A stretch of 63,836 nucleotides of DNA, filler included, from Octopus bimaculoides (GCF_001194135.2; 6 parts of 4 records of this genome joined end to end with filler, not necessarily neighbours in it), one strand, 5' to 3'. Positions 13,263 to 26,110 are shown, counted from the whole stretch's first letter. Translations and numbers: made by a program. Notes: generated by a model from the letters alone, not told the origin.

Positions 13263-14017
13263 TCAGGTTGTCTCATAAGTTCTGTCCGAGTTTACCTTTT
13301 TTAAAATTGAATGAAATTTAATAGTATTTTAGAATGTCTAATGGATTAAAACTTATTTTTATGCATTTGTGTACATTTAAACTAATTATATATTTTACTA
13401 ATTAAATTATTTTACAGAATAACAGAATTAAAATTTCTTTGATTAAAACCCTTTCTAACATGGAAGTATCCAAAGAGCATTTGAGGCACATAATGCTTTA
13501 TGAGTACAAAAAAGGAAACTCTGCAGCCGAAGCGACTCGAAACATACACTCAGTTTATGGGAAAGAATGCTTGAATTAAAGAACTTGCAGAAGATGGTTT
13601 GCAAAATTTAGAAGTGGAAATTAGAGCTTTGAAGATGAAGATCGGACAGGACGTCCAGTTGAGTTTGAGGATAAGCTCCTTGAGGCATTACTTGAAGAAA
13701 ATCCTGCATTATCAGTTGAAGAGTTGGCAATAAGGCTTAGTTCAAACCATACAACTGTTCATCGTCATCTTCAACAACTTGGAAAGTTTCCTAAACTTGG
13801 AAAATATGAGTGCCTCATGAATTGTCCGAAAGCAACCGCAAATCCCGAGTTGATATCTACTCTTCTCTCCATTCTCGCGAACTCATTTCTCCCTTTTTGG
13901 ATAGACTTGTGACTGGTGACGAAAAATGGATCTTCTATCAAAATGTTAAACGTCGTAAACAGTGGCTTGGTAAAAGGGAAAAAGCTCAACCAGAACCGAG
14001 AAGGGAACTTCATGGGC
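13263..14017 (+). mobile_element. mariner transposon, 5' part (TIR plus N-terminal transposase pseudogene), cut by an assembly gap
   Basis: TA|TCAGGTTGTCTCATAAG TIR-like start. ATG at 13460: MEVSKEHLRHIMLYEYKKGNSAAEATRNI..RTCRRWFAKFRSG..EDEDRTGRP..TTVHRHL..GK-VPHELS..RLVTGDEKWIFY (HTH, degenerate WVPHEL, first catalytic D). Two in-frame stops and a frameshift. Confidence 0.9.
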
Positions 14018-14117
14018 NNNNNNNNNNNNNNNNNNNNNNNNNNNNNNNNNNNNNNNNNNNNTTAATTAATTAANNNNNNNNNNNNNNNNNNNNNNNNNNN
14101 NNNNNNNNNNNNNNNNN
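14018..14117. other. Artificial 100-bp scaffold gap with six-frame-stop linker
   Basis: 44 N + TTAATTAATTAA (14062-73) + 44 N. Confidence 0.95.
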
Positions 14118-14119
14118 TA

Positions 14120-14530
14120 TCAGAATCCTTAGTAAAAGAATGTGGAGATAGGAGATGTGGAACATGCAACAATAACAACAACTTCGAATACTTAGAAAGT
14201 GGTGGCCACATAGAATTCAAGGGCGGATCCCTTTTCAAAATAAGTGCAGATATGAACTGCAAAACACAAAACCTCATATACTGCATTATCTGCCCAAACT
14301 GCAAAGAAAATTACAATGGCGAAACAAATAATTCCCTCTGACAACGCACAAGAATCCACAGGCAGCATATCCGACACGAGGAATTACGCAAGATTCTATT
14401 AAGTAAGCATCTGGAAATATGCAGCGACGGAAAATTTTTCCCTTTTGCAAATGTGCACGGAACGATCCGGAATACCGAAATGCAATGGAACTACATTTCA
14501 TCAAAAAAAATCTCTCCAAAATTGAATGCT
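14120..14530 (+). mobile_element. Penelope-like element GIY-YIG endonuclease remnant
   Basis: Frame from 14120: CGDRRCGTC...ADMNCKTQNLIYCIICPNCKENYNGETNNSL*QRTRIHRQHIRH...LSKHLEIC. Matches the PLE C-terminal Cys pair plus NxIYxIxCxxC..Y(I)GET..L..R..H pattern. Confidence 0.75.
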
Positions 14531-14578
14531 CGAAAGAAGTGTGGAGACAGTACATTTTGTATTCTGCATATTATTCAA

Positions 14579-14579
14579 A

Positions 14580-14649
<70 letters not shown>

Positions 14650-14650
14650 C
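14579..14650. repeat. (ATCT)n microsatellite
   Basis: Direct reading. Confidence 0.95.
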
Positions 14651-15825
14651 CGACCGACCTATATTTCTATTTGTCTTTCTCCATTGTCATGGGACCTCAC
14701 CCTCAAAAACGAAATCAATGTTCACTTCTTCTAAACAAAAGCTCACAAAACATCTGTTTTATATAAATGAACAAGCTGTTGGTACATTTACAAAATTTTA
14801 TATGACAAGTTCGAGAAACGAACGAAAACGCTAATAATAAAGAAATATTTTTTTTTCAAAATTCTGACGACTTTTTTCCTCAATATATATANNNNNNNNN
14901 NNNNNNNNNNNNNNNNNNNNNNNNNNNNNNNNNNNNNNNNNNNNNNNNNNNNNNNNNNNNNNNNNNNNNNNNNNNNNNNNNNNNNNNNNNNNATATATAT
15001 ATATATATATACCTGTGTGTGTGTGTATACATCAGATAGAATGTGCAATATATAGATGTATTCAATACACACACATATACATATGTAGACACATACGTGT
15101 GTATTCTATATATGTGCATTTCAATCTGGTTGTGCATATATGCATGAGAGAGCAAGTGTGTAGGTAGGGTTTATGAGGATAGTTCATACTGTAGCTACAC
15201 AAAGATTAACGCTTGGGCAATCGTTCAGGTATTGCAAAATGAATACTGAAATACATGATGTTGGATTAAATCTTTACTGGATCCTAGTTCACGTTAGTTA
15301 ATCATTGCTTGTTCGTGAGCTCCACTAGCTTTTGTCTGCATTAGTAGAAGAACTACTAACCAATAGGATGCATGACATGTACAATTTTATTCACCATGTT
15401 TCTTTTCATTATATAGTACGATTTGTCACACTCCATGTAGTGATAGAGTCGAGCATCGAAGATACACACACATATAAACTTCATAACTATTTAGGAATTT
15501 CCATAAGTTCACAAACATTCGCACACATGCACGCATACTATTGAACACACACACACACATACATACACACGTGCACACACACGTGCACACACACACATAT
15601 GTGTATATATACGTATAAATGTATATGCATATATATTGTATACATGTATATACATACGTATTTATAGATACATTTATGTATATAAATGGATATATGAATA
15701 CATAGGAATATATGTACGCACAAGCACACACAGATACACACACACATACATACATATATATTCTAAACTGTCTCAGTCAATCAATCAATCTATCTTTTTC
15801 TCTCCCTTCTAACTATTTAACTCTC

Positions 15826-15926
<101 letters not shown>

Positions 15927-16856
15927 ATACATGTACATATATTAAATCTATCAGCAAGGATACATGGCGCGTGCATATATCGCATATATCGAATCTGTAC
16001 CGAATCACTGCCTCGTTGAATATATAGATCTCATTCATCGATATCATTTCTATGGAACACGTCTCACATATAAGGAAACAACCCAATTAGCTGCATTGCT
16101 GTATTTATGATGCAATATAGACATAGGGAATTTCAGATGAGCAGATCAACGGGTGGAGGGTTATATCCTTAGATATAAATGATGAATATCATTAAGACGA
16201 CATTTAATTAGAGGTCTCTCGGATGTTTTATGCTCTCTACTGGAGGTGAAACTTCTACCCAGATCTGAATACATAGATTATATTTCATTTATCTTTCTCA
16301 AGCGAAGCTCAGGACGATAACGATCAGGCATAATTGCAATCTTGAAACACTACCCAGAATTCAATTCAGGAACGAGTTAACTAACTGGTGAACTGTAAAA
16401 GCCTTCGATTATTGATTTCGCACTTTGGTAATAAGCGAAATCACATGATTGTAAACCTATTACTATATAATTTGATTTAGACAGCAGAAGATGTAAGAGT
16501 GACAGAGAACTGAAATGAAAAAGTATTGATCAACTTAGTTTACTTTGTGAAGGACAGTGTACAAGAATAATGTACTGGACTGTGAAATCATCAGAAGAAT
16601 ACATTCGGAAATGTATTTGTGATCTAGGAATTTCGTCTGCTTCTCATATGTACATATCTACAAAAAGAGATAAAATGTTAATGATGATAATTCTGCTCTT
16701 GCTACTACTGGTGTTGGTGCTGCTGTTGAGACTGCTAACAGAGATACATAGACAAACACGCACATATTCAGCCTACTACGTGTCCAAATACTCGCTTCCT
16801 CTCATATACATGCTTGTATACATATTTGTGTTACATGCAAATATAACTATGATAAT

Positions 16857-16990
16857 GATTTCAAATTTTGGCACAGGGCCAGTAGTTTAAGGGGTTGGGT
16901 AAGCCAATTACATCGAACCCAACGCTCAATTGGTACTTTTTTACCGATCCCAAAAGGATGTAAGGCAAAGTCGATACCAGCGGAATTTCA
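16857..16990 (-). mobile_element. SINE family A copy (degenerate, partial)
   Basis: GGTACTTTTTTACCGATCCCAAAAGGATGTAAGGCAAAGTCGA matches the reverse-complement core. Confidence 0.7.
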
Positions 16991-17336
16991 CAAACACACA
17001 CACACACATTAATACACATGAATATATACATGTAACTGTAAAAATACGGGCATATAAGAGAATATGGACGTGAATAATGTTATAGTCTGGGTATAAAATA
17101 TTACACGGATAAAATATTACACATTCACAAGTTTTATGTATGTATAAGCAAACTTACATACATTCACATACATGCACGTACGTACATACATACTTATATG
17201 CATACGTACATTCATACATACATACATACATACATATATACATACATACAAAGAAATTTAACCGGAATCAGGCAGCAGTATCTCCTTCACGGGAAATTCC
17301 TTCACGGGAAACTCCTTCACGGGGATTGGGCAGTAG

Positions 17337-19265
17337 ACGCTCCTTCACGGAAAGACATAGACTCCTTCTGGAGGAAAATCTGGAGTGAAGAGGAGTTTAA
17401 CCAAGATGCTCTGTGGCTGGAAAAAACGCGAAGAAGTTATTGTTCCTGCGTTACACTCAAGACATACATCATTGATGGTGATACCCTTGCTACTGTGATC
17501 CAGAATCTCCAGGATGGGAAAGCACCTGAAAGAGACTTGATTGTTGGCACAAGATGCTAACCTTCTACCGACCATATCTTATAAATATGCAAGCTCTCAA
17601 TGGGAGCAGTAGCATACCACACTGGTTAGCTCTAGCAGAGACAATATTGATACCCAAATGCAGAAGCAGCCACATGGCAAAAGACTACTGTTCAATTGCA
17701 TGCCAGAACTTAATGTATGAGATATATAAAACATACTGAAACCTTTTCCTCCAGGACCGTTGTGAAACGAATAACATCATCACAGTGGAACAAGCAGCTG
17801 GTAAGAACGGAGTCTGGGGATGTGCCGAGCAATTGTTGATCAACAAAACTGTGGTGTCAGAGGTGCGAGAGCTTAGGAGGGATCTAGTTTCAATGTGGCT
17901 AGACAATAAGAAGGCTTTTGACTCTGTTCCCCACTCATGGATACTAGAAGCGCTTCAACTTGTTTAAAGCGAGCCTAGTCAAAGCTATAGCCGACCTGAC
18001 TAATCGTGGGCCACCATCTTCAACTTAAGCACAAAGACTGTATTATTACTGATAGAATACAGTATCGCAGAGGTTTATTCCAACTGGACAACCTCTCTGT
18101 GACGTTGTCTATACTTTCTGTAAACCCCTTTTCATTCATGTTAATGAAATATGAAGGATATCTCACTGGTTCACAAGGAAACAGGAATACCAAAATCACA
18201 CACTGTTTCTTTGTGGATGACTTGAAACTTTATGAAAAAAATATGCACGAAATGAAAAAAAGCCTTGACCTAATTACAACATTCTCAAAAGATGTAGGGT
18301 TGGAGTTTGGTCAGGATAAATGTTATATGGTTGCGCAAAGGGGGAAAGCAGTAAACCAGATTAGCAACATCTCCACCAATGACTTGACTGTTTCCCCTAT
18401 TTCTGACGAGGAGTGTTAAAGGTATCTAGTGGTGGATGAAAACATATCTTACAATGGCATCTGTGACAAAACACGTGTGACTAAAGAATATTACAGCCGA
18501 ATAAAGAAAATTTGAACCCCAGAACTTTTTGCATTCAATAAAACAGTGGCCCACAATGTGTTTGCAGTGCCAGTAATCATACCAACATTTGGGCTGCTTG
18601 ATTGGACTCTTGGTGAGATTGGAGCATATTGATATGGAAACCCAGAAAATACAAACAAGCTCACATAATTTCCACATAAACATTGACCGCCTCTAACTAA
18701 AACGAAAACTAGGCGGCCGAGGCTTAACATAAATCCAAGATGCCTTTCAATGCCGTATCATATCCCTTCGGCAACATCATTTAACAAAGAGACGAAGTGC
18801 ATCCTTTGACCAAGGTTTCATACATGAGGGTGATAACATCATAAGACTTGGAAAGCAACTCCTTGGACAACATTTCTTGTCTGATAACCTTAAATAAATG
18901 TTCGAAGAATTCGCACGACTCTACCACAACCTATCATCAGATGAAAGGATGAACATATATGAACAGAGGACTATGCATGGATATCTTCGTAGAACGCTCC
19001 GAGATGATAGTATCATTGATCATCAAAGCAGTTTATCATGGACCAATAGCCGGATTACTACGTCACACTTTGAAGGGTATACGTTTGTAATCCAGGAAGA
19101 GGAAATATCAACCAAATACATGATGCACAAAAGGGATAGAGATGAAGGAAAAGCCGTAAAATATGACAACTGATGCAGACTTTGTGGAATTAACACCGAA
19201 GGTATCACCCACATCATAAGCTTTTGTCCGAAAATGTCATCACGGTATTATCTGGCGATGAGGTA
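17337..19265 (+). mobile_element. R4/Dong-type (RLE-class) non-LTR retrotransposon, internal decayed fragment (RT plus CCHC)
   Basis: PSRKDIDSFWRKIWS; EQLLINK; WLDNKKAFDSVPHSWILEAL; QYRRGLFQLDNLS; HCFFVDDLKLY; GLEFGQDKC; CRLCGINTEGITHIISFC (C-X2-C-X8-H-X4-C) at 19174. Many stops and frameshifts; RLE domain absent. Confidence 0.85.
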
Positions 19266-19603
19266 CTGTTACTGACCGTAGGTTTAATCTTTTGGCAGAA
19301 ATGGCTAGGGTAACTAACAACATGCTGTATTAAAACCGATCAAAACAGGGTTTATTTAACAAGATCCCCCTTATAACATCCTCTGACGAAACACTTCTGC
19401 ACCGAGAGATGCGCCACAACTAGTTGTACAGTATCCCACTTCCGAGGGATCGATTAAGGATGGGTCGAAACGATCGTTGTGAGCAATAATTTTTTTCGTA
19501 TGTTCTATTTTCCGTCTCTATCATATGTTATATAAAAACATATATGTAGACAACACCTCCACCCCATATACATATATGGGCCATCACAGAATTTTAGTCT
19601 AAT

Positions 19604-19917
19604 GAATTGACCCCCAGTATTTTTTTCCTTTTTACGCCTGGTACTTAATCTATCGATTTTATTTGCCGAACCGCTACCTTATGAGGACATAAACACACCA
19701 GCACCGGTTGTCAAGCCGTGCTGTGGGACAAACACACGCAGACACGGACACACGCACACAGACACGGACAGCCACGCACACAAACACACACATACTTTCA
19801 GTTTCTTTCTACCAAATCTCATAAGGCTTTGGTCGGCCCGAGTTTATAGTAGAAAAGGTGGCAGGCAGAGGAACTGAATCCGGAGACATGCAGTTAGAAG
19901 GCAAACTTCTTACCCGC
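19604..19917 (-). mobile_element. SINE family B copy (degenerate)
   Basis: TTTGCCGAACCGCTA..AAACACACCAGCACCGGTTGTCAAGC..microsatellite..CTACCAAATC..GGCTTTGGTCGGCCCGAG. Confidence 0.75.
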
Positions 19918-20157
19918 ATGTAAAATGCTCCTTGCGTTCCTATAGATTTATTCATTTAAAACATTTCACTCAGTTTTCATATTCGCCCTACTCCATCTTT
20001 ATGCACGCATCCTTCTTACTTTTTCAGACTTCCAAACTATTAGACATATTTGTTTTCCCTTTTGGTTAACATCCCCTGCAATGTGTATGAAGCGGGGTGG
20101 GTTTCTTTTTTGTAGAAATGTAATCATACACTTTCATATTCATTTCACAGAAATTCG

Positions 20158-20420
20158 ATGACGTGTACTCTCATTCGGAAAGCCTATTTATATGGACGCT
20201 TGATTGAAGGCGACATTGTTACAGAAGGTGAACATTATGGAAAATATGTCATTGTGCCAAGAATTCAACTGAGATCTGACACCAATCTGCCATTCACTAT
20301 TACACGTATGCTGCTGCCAGTTAGAATAGATTTCGCAATGACAGTCAATAAATTCCAATGTCATTTATTGAAATAGGTCTGATCTTTGCAACTGATCTGT
20401 TTACGTATAGAAAATTGAAA
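20158..20420 (+). mobile_element. Helitron-type Pif1 helicase C-terminal fragment (pseudogene)
   Basis: LIEGDIVTEGEHYGKYVIVPRIQLRSDTNLPFTITRMLLPVRIDFAMTVNKFQ, then shifted KIGLIFATDLFTYRKL. Resembles IPRI..LPF...R.Q.PVR..FAMTINKSQG..GL.L..F.HGQL. Confidence 0.75.
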
Positions 20421-20477
20421 GATACAGATGCACTATGAAATAGTACAATTGTTGATGCAGATATAGTAATAATATTG

Positions 20478-20672
20478 ACTTCAAATTTTAGCACAAGGCT
20501 AGCAAGTTCGGGGGAGGGTTTAAGACGATTACGTTTACCCCAATACTCGACTGGTACTTATTTTATCGACCATGAAAGGATGAATGTGAAAGTCGAACTT
20601 GAAAGAATTTAAACCCAGAACGTAAGAACGGACGAAATGCCGCTAAGTATTTAGCCCTACCAGCTCGCTGCT
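20478..20672 (-). mobile_element. SINE family A copy (degenerate)
   Basis: CTGGTACTTATTTTATCGACC..GAAAGGATGAA..AAAGTCGA..CAGAACGTAA..GACGAAATGCCGCTAAG..CCAGCTCG. Confidence 0.75.
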
Positions 20673-20948
20673 TTAGTTATGGCAACAATATCGAAAATAA
20701 GTCATTAATAAAGTATGTGCTACTGATTTCCAGTGTTGTAAATTCTTTCTTAACTTTATTTCAACAGATTCTTGATTTAGATAAATTCATATATTCATAC
20801 ACTCTTTAGTACTTGTGTTTTTAAAATATTTCCCTTTTTCAAATCATCGTTCTTCTTACTCAATAATCGTTAGTGACGGCAAACGTTGATGATCACAATG
20901 AATGCACCCGAGAGAGAAGGAGAGAGTAGGAGAGAGAGAAAAAGATAT

Positions 20949-21011
<63 letters not shown>

Positions 21012-21529
21012 NNNNNNNNNNNNNNNNNNNNNNNNNNNNNNNNNNNNNNNNNNNNNNNNNNNNNNNNNNNNNNNNNNNNNNNNNNNNNNNNNNNNNNNNN
21101 NNNNNNNNNNNNNNNNNNNNNNNNNNNNNNNNNNNNNNNNNNNNNNNNNNNNNNNNNNNNNNNNNNNNNNNNNNNNNNNNNNNNNNNNNNNNNNNNNNNN
21201 NNNNNNNNNNNNNNNNNNNNNNNNNNNNNNNNNNNNNNNNNNNNNNNNNNNNNNNNNNNNNNNNNNNNNNNNNNNNNNNNNNNNNNNNNNNNNNNNNNNN
21301 NNNNNNNNNNNNNNNNNNNNNNNNNNNNNNNNNNNNNNNNNNNNNNNNNNNNNNNNNNNNNNNNNNNNNNNNNNNNNNNNNNNNNNNNNNNNNNNNNNNN
21401 NNNNNNNNNNNNNNNNNNNNNNNNNNNNNNNNNNNNNNNNNNNNNNNNNNNNNNNNNNNNNNNNNNNNNNNNNNNNNNNNNNNNNNNNNNNNNNNNNNNN
21501 NNNNNNNNNNNNNNNNNNNNNNNNNNNNN

Positions 21530-21582
<53 letters not shown>

Positions 21583-21932
21583 CATATACATATATATATA
21601 TATATATATATATTAGAAATGCGTGTATTCGTATATTTATGTGTATGAATATGCACATACACACCTACTGCATATAAAGTATTTGTGTCCGTATGGGCCC
21701 GTTCATTTGCAATTTTGGTGGATTATTAAATATTCGATGACGATTATGTACAGTTCAAAATAATTATGCGCAGTTCAAAGTGGCTGTCTGATGCTTATGC
21801 TGATGCATTAATTAACATTTGTTAATTTTTCTCACTTCACAGATAGTTTTTGGAAAAAAAAAAATCAATCCGTTTTTTCTCTTCTTTCCTCTCCATTTTC
21901 CTATATTTTTTTGTATACATGGACTCAAAGTT

Positions 21933-22115
21933 GTATGTATGTATGTATGTATGTATGTATGTATGTATGTATGTATGTATGTATGTATTATACGTATGTA
22001 TGTATTAAGTATCTACGTATGTATGCATTATACGTATGTATGTATGAGGTATGTATGTATGAGGTATATATGTATGTATGTATGTATGTATGCATGTATG
22101 TATGTATGCATGTAT
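21933..22115. repeat. Interrupted (TATG)n array
   Basis: Direct reading. Confidence 0.9.
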
Positions 22116-22268
22116 GCGTGATTCCATTTATCTATCTAGCGGTCTATCAATCAATCACTTTCAATGAACATACGTATCTATGTATATATGTGTGTGTATA
22201 CATACATAATCATGTACCTGAATTCATACAACACACATGCGCATACACACGCACAGATGTATATATAC

Positions 22269-22324
<56 letters not shown>

Positions 22325-22871
22325 ACGTGTGTGTGCTATCCATCATGTTTACCATCAAACATCTTGTATACCTCTTCTGCATATTCATGCTTCTGTATTT
22401 TCTATATATTTTCCACTTTGCTTCTGTCATCTATTTCTTGTTTTCTTGCTACTGGATTGAATGTCTTCTTTTTAGCATATATAAATTCTTGTCATGAATA
22501 CGACACTCGTTTCTAAGAAAGTATGCTACATTATAGGAATATTTTTTTTATTATTAAAAACAGTTTTCTCGTAACCTTCAGAAAAAGTTTTATATAGTTT
22601 CACAGTTCGGCTAAGACATTGATCACCAATAGTACGTGTATAAGGTTCGTTTTGCTCGTGTAAATTCCACAACCTTACAAAAATTATCCTATGACATTTG
22701 AATAACGTAAGCGAAATTGCTTATATTTAGACTCACAAACCTAAACTTATAATAAATTCAATTTTTTTAGATATTATCTTCAACGCTAATTTTTCATGAG
22801 GATTTATTTATCTATATGTAGAGCTCAGCTGCATTCCCAAAACGAGAAGCATGTTTCCTACAATGAGATGT

Positions 22872-22927
22872 CAGTGCTGTCTTCATTTTTTGCGTAATTT
22901 AGACGACAGTTTATTCAACGCACCCTG
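22872..22927 (-). mobile_element. Opposite TIR of the same Tc1/mariner family (body extends leftwards; extent unknown)
   Basis: ...TTTTTGCGTAATTTAGACGACAGTTTATTCAACGCACCCTG|TA is the reverse complement of the TIR starting at 23037 over ~55 bp. Confidence 0.7.
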
Positions 22928-22962
<35 letters not shown>

Positions 22963-23036
22963 CATAAGGTTTTTAAACTTTTAAATTTTCATATTCAAAA
23001 GAGACAGAGACTTCAAATTCGATATATATATACATA

Positions 23037-23298
23037 CAGGGTGCAGTGAATGAACTCGTCTAAATTACGCAAAAATGAAAATAACACTGAAATCTTATTT
23101 TAACAGATATATTCACCAAAACTAGATAAAAATATCTTGAAATACTAAACAATTAATTTATTCAATAAAATCACCATTAGCTTCAGCCACGGACTCCAGA
23201 CGACTATGGAATCTCCTGCAACTCTTCTGGACGATCTCCTTATTTAAGTCGGTAAATGCTGCCATAATCCTTCCTTTCGGTTCATCTTTGGTCTCTCT
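23037..23298 (-). mobile_element. Tc1/mariner-superfamily transposon 3' end (transposase C-terminus plus TIR)
   Basis: Minus strand TKDEPKGRIMAAFTDLNKEIVQKSCRRFHSRLESVAEANGDFIE*; terminus TA|CAGGGTG at 23035-23043. Confidence 0.8.
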
Positions 23299-23299
23299 T

Positions 23300-23960
23300 C
23301 ATCACTCTCACCAAGTCAGCTATAAGAATGTTGAACTTGGGGTTATCCGCAATCACTGCTTTCTTATGAACAAGGTATTTAGAGGTCATGGGTTTGGCAT
23401 AATAACAGTGAAGGATCTAGACCTTACCGTTCTTCGTTCCTAGCCAAAGTTCAGTGTCCAAGACGGGTAATCTATAGTTAGGGTAACTACTAAGATAATC
23501 TGTCGTTATTTCTCTACTCTGGTGGATGGAGTTAGCTATTTGCTGGATGCTCTTCATAGCGTTGGCTTCTAGATCATTAACATTGTCTTGTAGGGGTGCT
23601 TTGACTATTATGTTGATATCATCCACATACTGGGAGTACGTGGTTAGGTTTATGGAGTTCTCTACCAATTTCTCTTTAAGTCTCCTATCCTACCATACCA
23701 TAAATAGGTTAGCCACATCGCCAGCTATACAGACACAGAAGACTGCACCTTCCTCTTGGGTGTATATCTTGGTATTAAACTTAAATATATAGCTTTTGAG
23801 TGTTGTCTTGGTACTCGCACTCACAGCATGTGCAGCCATCTTTTTAACCTGATCATTATTTTCGCGGTGGTCCAGCCGTTCCATCTCTCTTTGGGGGCCT
23901 TCTTGGTCATAGAAGTTATAGTGGGGCGGGGTCTACCACTTATCGATCTAGTGGGGCAGA
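23300..23960 (-). mobile_element. Penelope-like reverse transcriptase fragment
   Basis: YIFKFNTKIYTQEEGAVFCVCIAGDVANLFMVW*..YSQYVDDINII..TDYLSSYPNYRLPVLDTELW..YYAKPMTSKYLVH..NILIADLVRVM. PLE-like Y.Q..G...LANLFM, YVDD, LPxLD and YxKP motifs. Confidence 0.65.
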
Positions 23961-24044
23961 AATATCTATAGTCATGTTTTATCTAAGTAGTCATGTCAGT
24001 CACGTGAGGAGACCTAGTTTTATACACACACACACACACACACT

Positions 24045-24084
<40 letters not shown>

Positions 24085-24622
24085 TATATATATATGTATA
24101 TATATGTGTATATATTTATATGTATATATATATATGTATATGTATATATATGTATATATACGTATATATACGTATATATACNNNNNNNNNNNNNNNNNNN
24201 NNNNNNNNNNNNNNNNNNNNNNNNNNNNNNNNNNNNNNNNNNNNNNNNNNNNNNNNNNNNNNNNNNNNNNNNNNNNNNNNNNNNNNNNNNNNNNNNNNNN
24301 NNNNNNNNNNNNNNNNNNNNNNNNNNNNNNNNNNNNNNNNNNNNNNNNNNNNNNNNNNNNNNNNNNNNNNNNNNNNNNNNNNNNNNNNNNNNNNNNNNNN
24401 NNNNNNNNNNNNNNNNNNNNNNNNNNNNNNNNNNNNNNNNNNNNNNNNNNNNNNNNNNNNNNNNNNNNNNNNNNNNNNNNNNNNNNNNNNNNNNNNNNNN
24501 NNNNNNNNNNNNNNNNNNNNNNNNNNNNNNNNNNNNNNNNNNNNNNNNNNNNNNNNNNNNNNNNNNNNNNNNNNNNNNNNNNNNNNNNNNNNNNNNNNNN
24601 NNNNNNNNNNNNNNNNNNNNNN

Positions 24623-24666
<44 letters not shown>

Positions 24667-26057
24667 AGTGTCTCTCAACTAATTAATAATTTGCAGTGTA
24701 TGAAATTCAGCTAAAGTACATTTATCCAAGATAATTTCAAAGATCAAAGCCATTTTCAAAATCTCAACACCAGAAAATAAATTGACATAAACATTAAAAA
24801 AATATTCTCCTTGGGACATTCCAGGGAACAGAATTTGATTAAATCGCAGGTACCGGGACTCCACCTTGTATAAATGAAAACAACTAATTTAAATATGCTT
24901 ATTATTTGATGATACTATTTTAGATATTTAGTATTAGATATTTAATGCATAATATAAGGACGACTGGTTATCACATAAAGATGCAACAGTACTTTTTTTC
25001 TTTGCAGATCTAAAATTCATCTGTTGATTAGTATATGCAAAAAATGCACTACGTAATGAAACACAGTCATGGTTCAGTCGTGTGTTGATATATGTATGTA
25101 TATATACATAAATGTATGTATATATGTACATGCATAGTTATATNNNNNNNNNNNNNNNNNNNNNNNNNNNNNNNNNNNNNNNNNNNNNNNNNNNNNNNNN
25201 NNNNNNNNNNNNNNNNNNNNNNNNNNNNNNNNNNNNNNNNNNNNNNNNNNNNNNNNNNNNNNNNNNNNNNNNNNNNNNNNNNNNNNNNNNNNNNNNNNNN
25301 NNNNNNNNNNNNNNNNNNNNNNNNNNNNNNNNNNNNNNNNNNNNNNNNNNNNNNNNNNNNNNNNNNNNNNNNNNNNNNNNNNNNNNNNNNNNNNNNNNNN
25401 NNNNNNNNNNNNNNNNNNNNNNNNNNNNNNNNNNNNNNNNNNNNNNNNNNNNNNNNNNNNNNNNNNNNNNNNNNNNNNNNNNNNNNNNNNNNNNNNNNNN
25501 NNNNNNNNNNNNNNNNNNNNNNNNNNNNNNNNNNNNNNNNNNNNNNNNNNNNNNNNNNNNNNNNNNNNNNNNNNNNNNNNNNNNNNNNNNNNNNNNNNNN
25601 NNNNNNNNNNNNNNNNNNNNNNNNNNNNNNNNNNNNNNNNNNNNNNNNNNNNNNNNNNNNNNNNNNNNNNNNNNNNNNNNNNNNNNNNNNNNNNNNNNNN
25701 NNNNNNNNNNNNNNNNNNNNNNNNNNNNNNNNNNNNNNNNNNNNNNNNNNNNNNNNNNNNNNNNNNNNNNNNNNNNNNNNNNNNNNNNNNNNNNNNNNNN
25801 NNNNNNNNNNNNNNNNNNNNNNNNNNNNNNNNNNNNNNNNNNNNNNNNNNNNNNNNNNNNNNNNNNNNNNNNNNNNNNNNNNNNNNNNNNNNNNNNNNNN
25901 NNNNNNNNNNNNNNNNNNNNNNNNNNNNNNNNNNNNNNNNNNNNNNNNNNNNNNNNNNNNNNNNNNNNNNNNNNNNNNNNNNNNNNNNNNNNNNNNNNNN
26001 NNNNNNNNNNNNNNNNNNNNNNNNNNNNNNNNNNNNNNNNNNNNNNNNNNNNNNNNN

Positions 26058-26110
<53 letters not shown>

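Noticed and set aside
13460-14530. Apparent mariner transposase / GIY-YIG nuclease fusion
   Set aside because: The two parts are separated by an artificial unsized linker gap and both are pseudogenised; adjacency is not evidence of a fused element.
17282-17353. CRISPR-like repeat array
   Set aside because: Units are directly tandem without unique spacers, lie in LINE coding sequence, and the genome is eukaryotic with no cas genes.
19380-19485. Possible hammerhead ribozyme (CTGACGA ... GAAAC-GATC-GTT)
   Set aside because: Stem III with a palindromic loop is present, but stems I and II cannot be formed with the CTGACGA core; at most a decayed relic.
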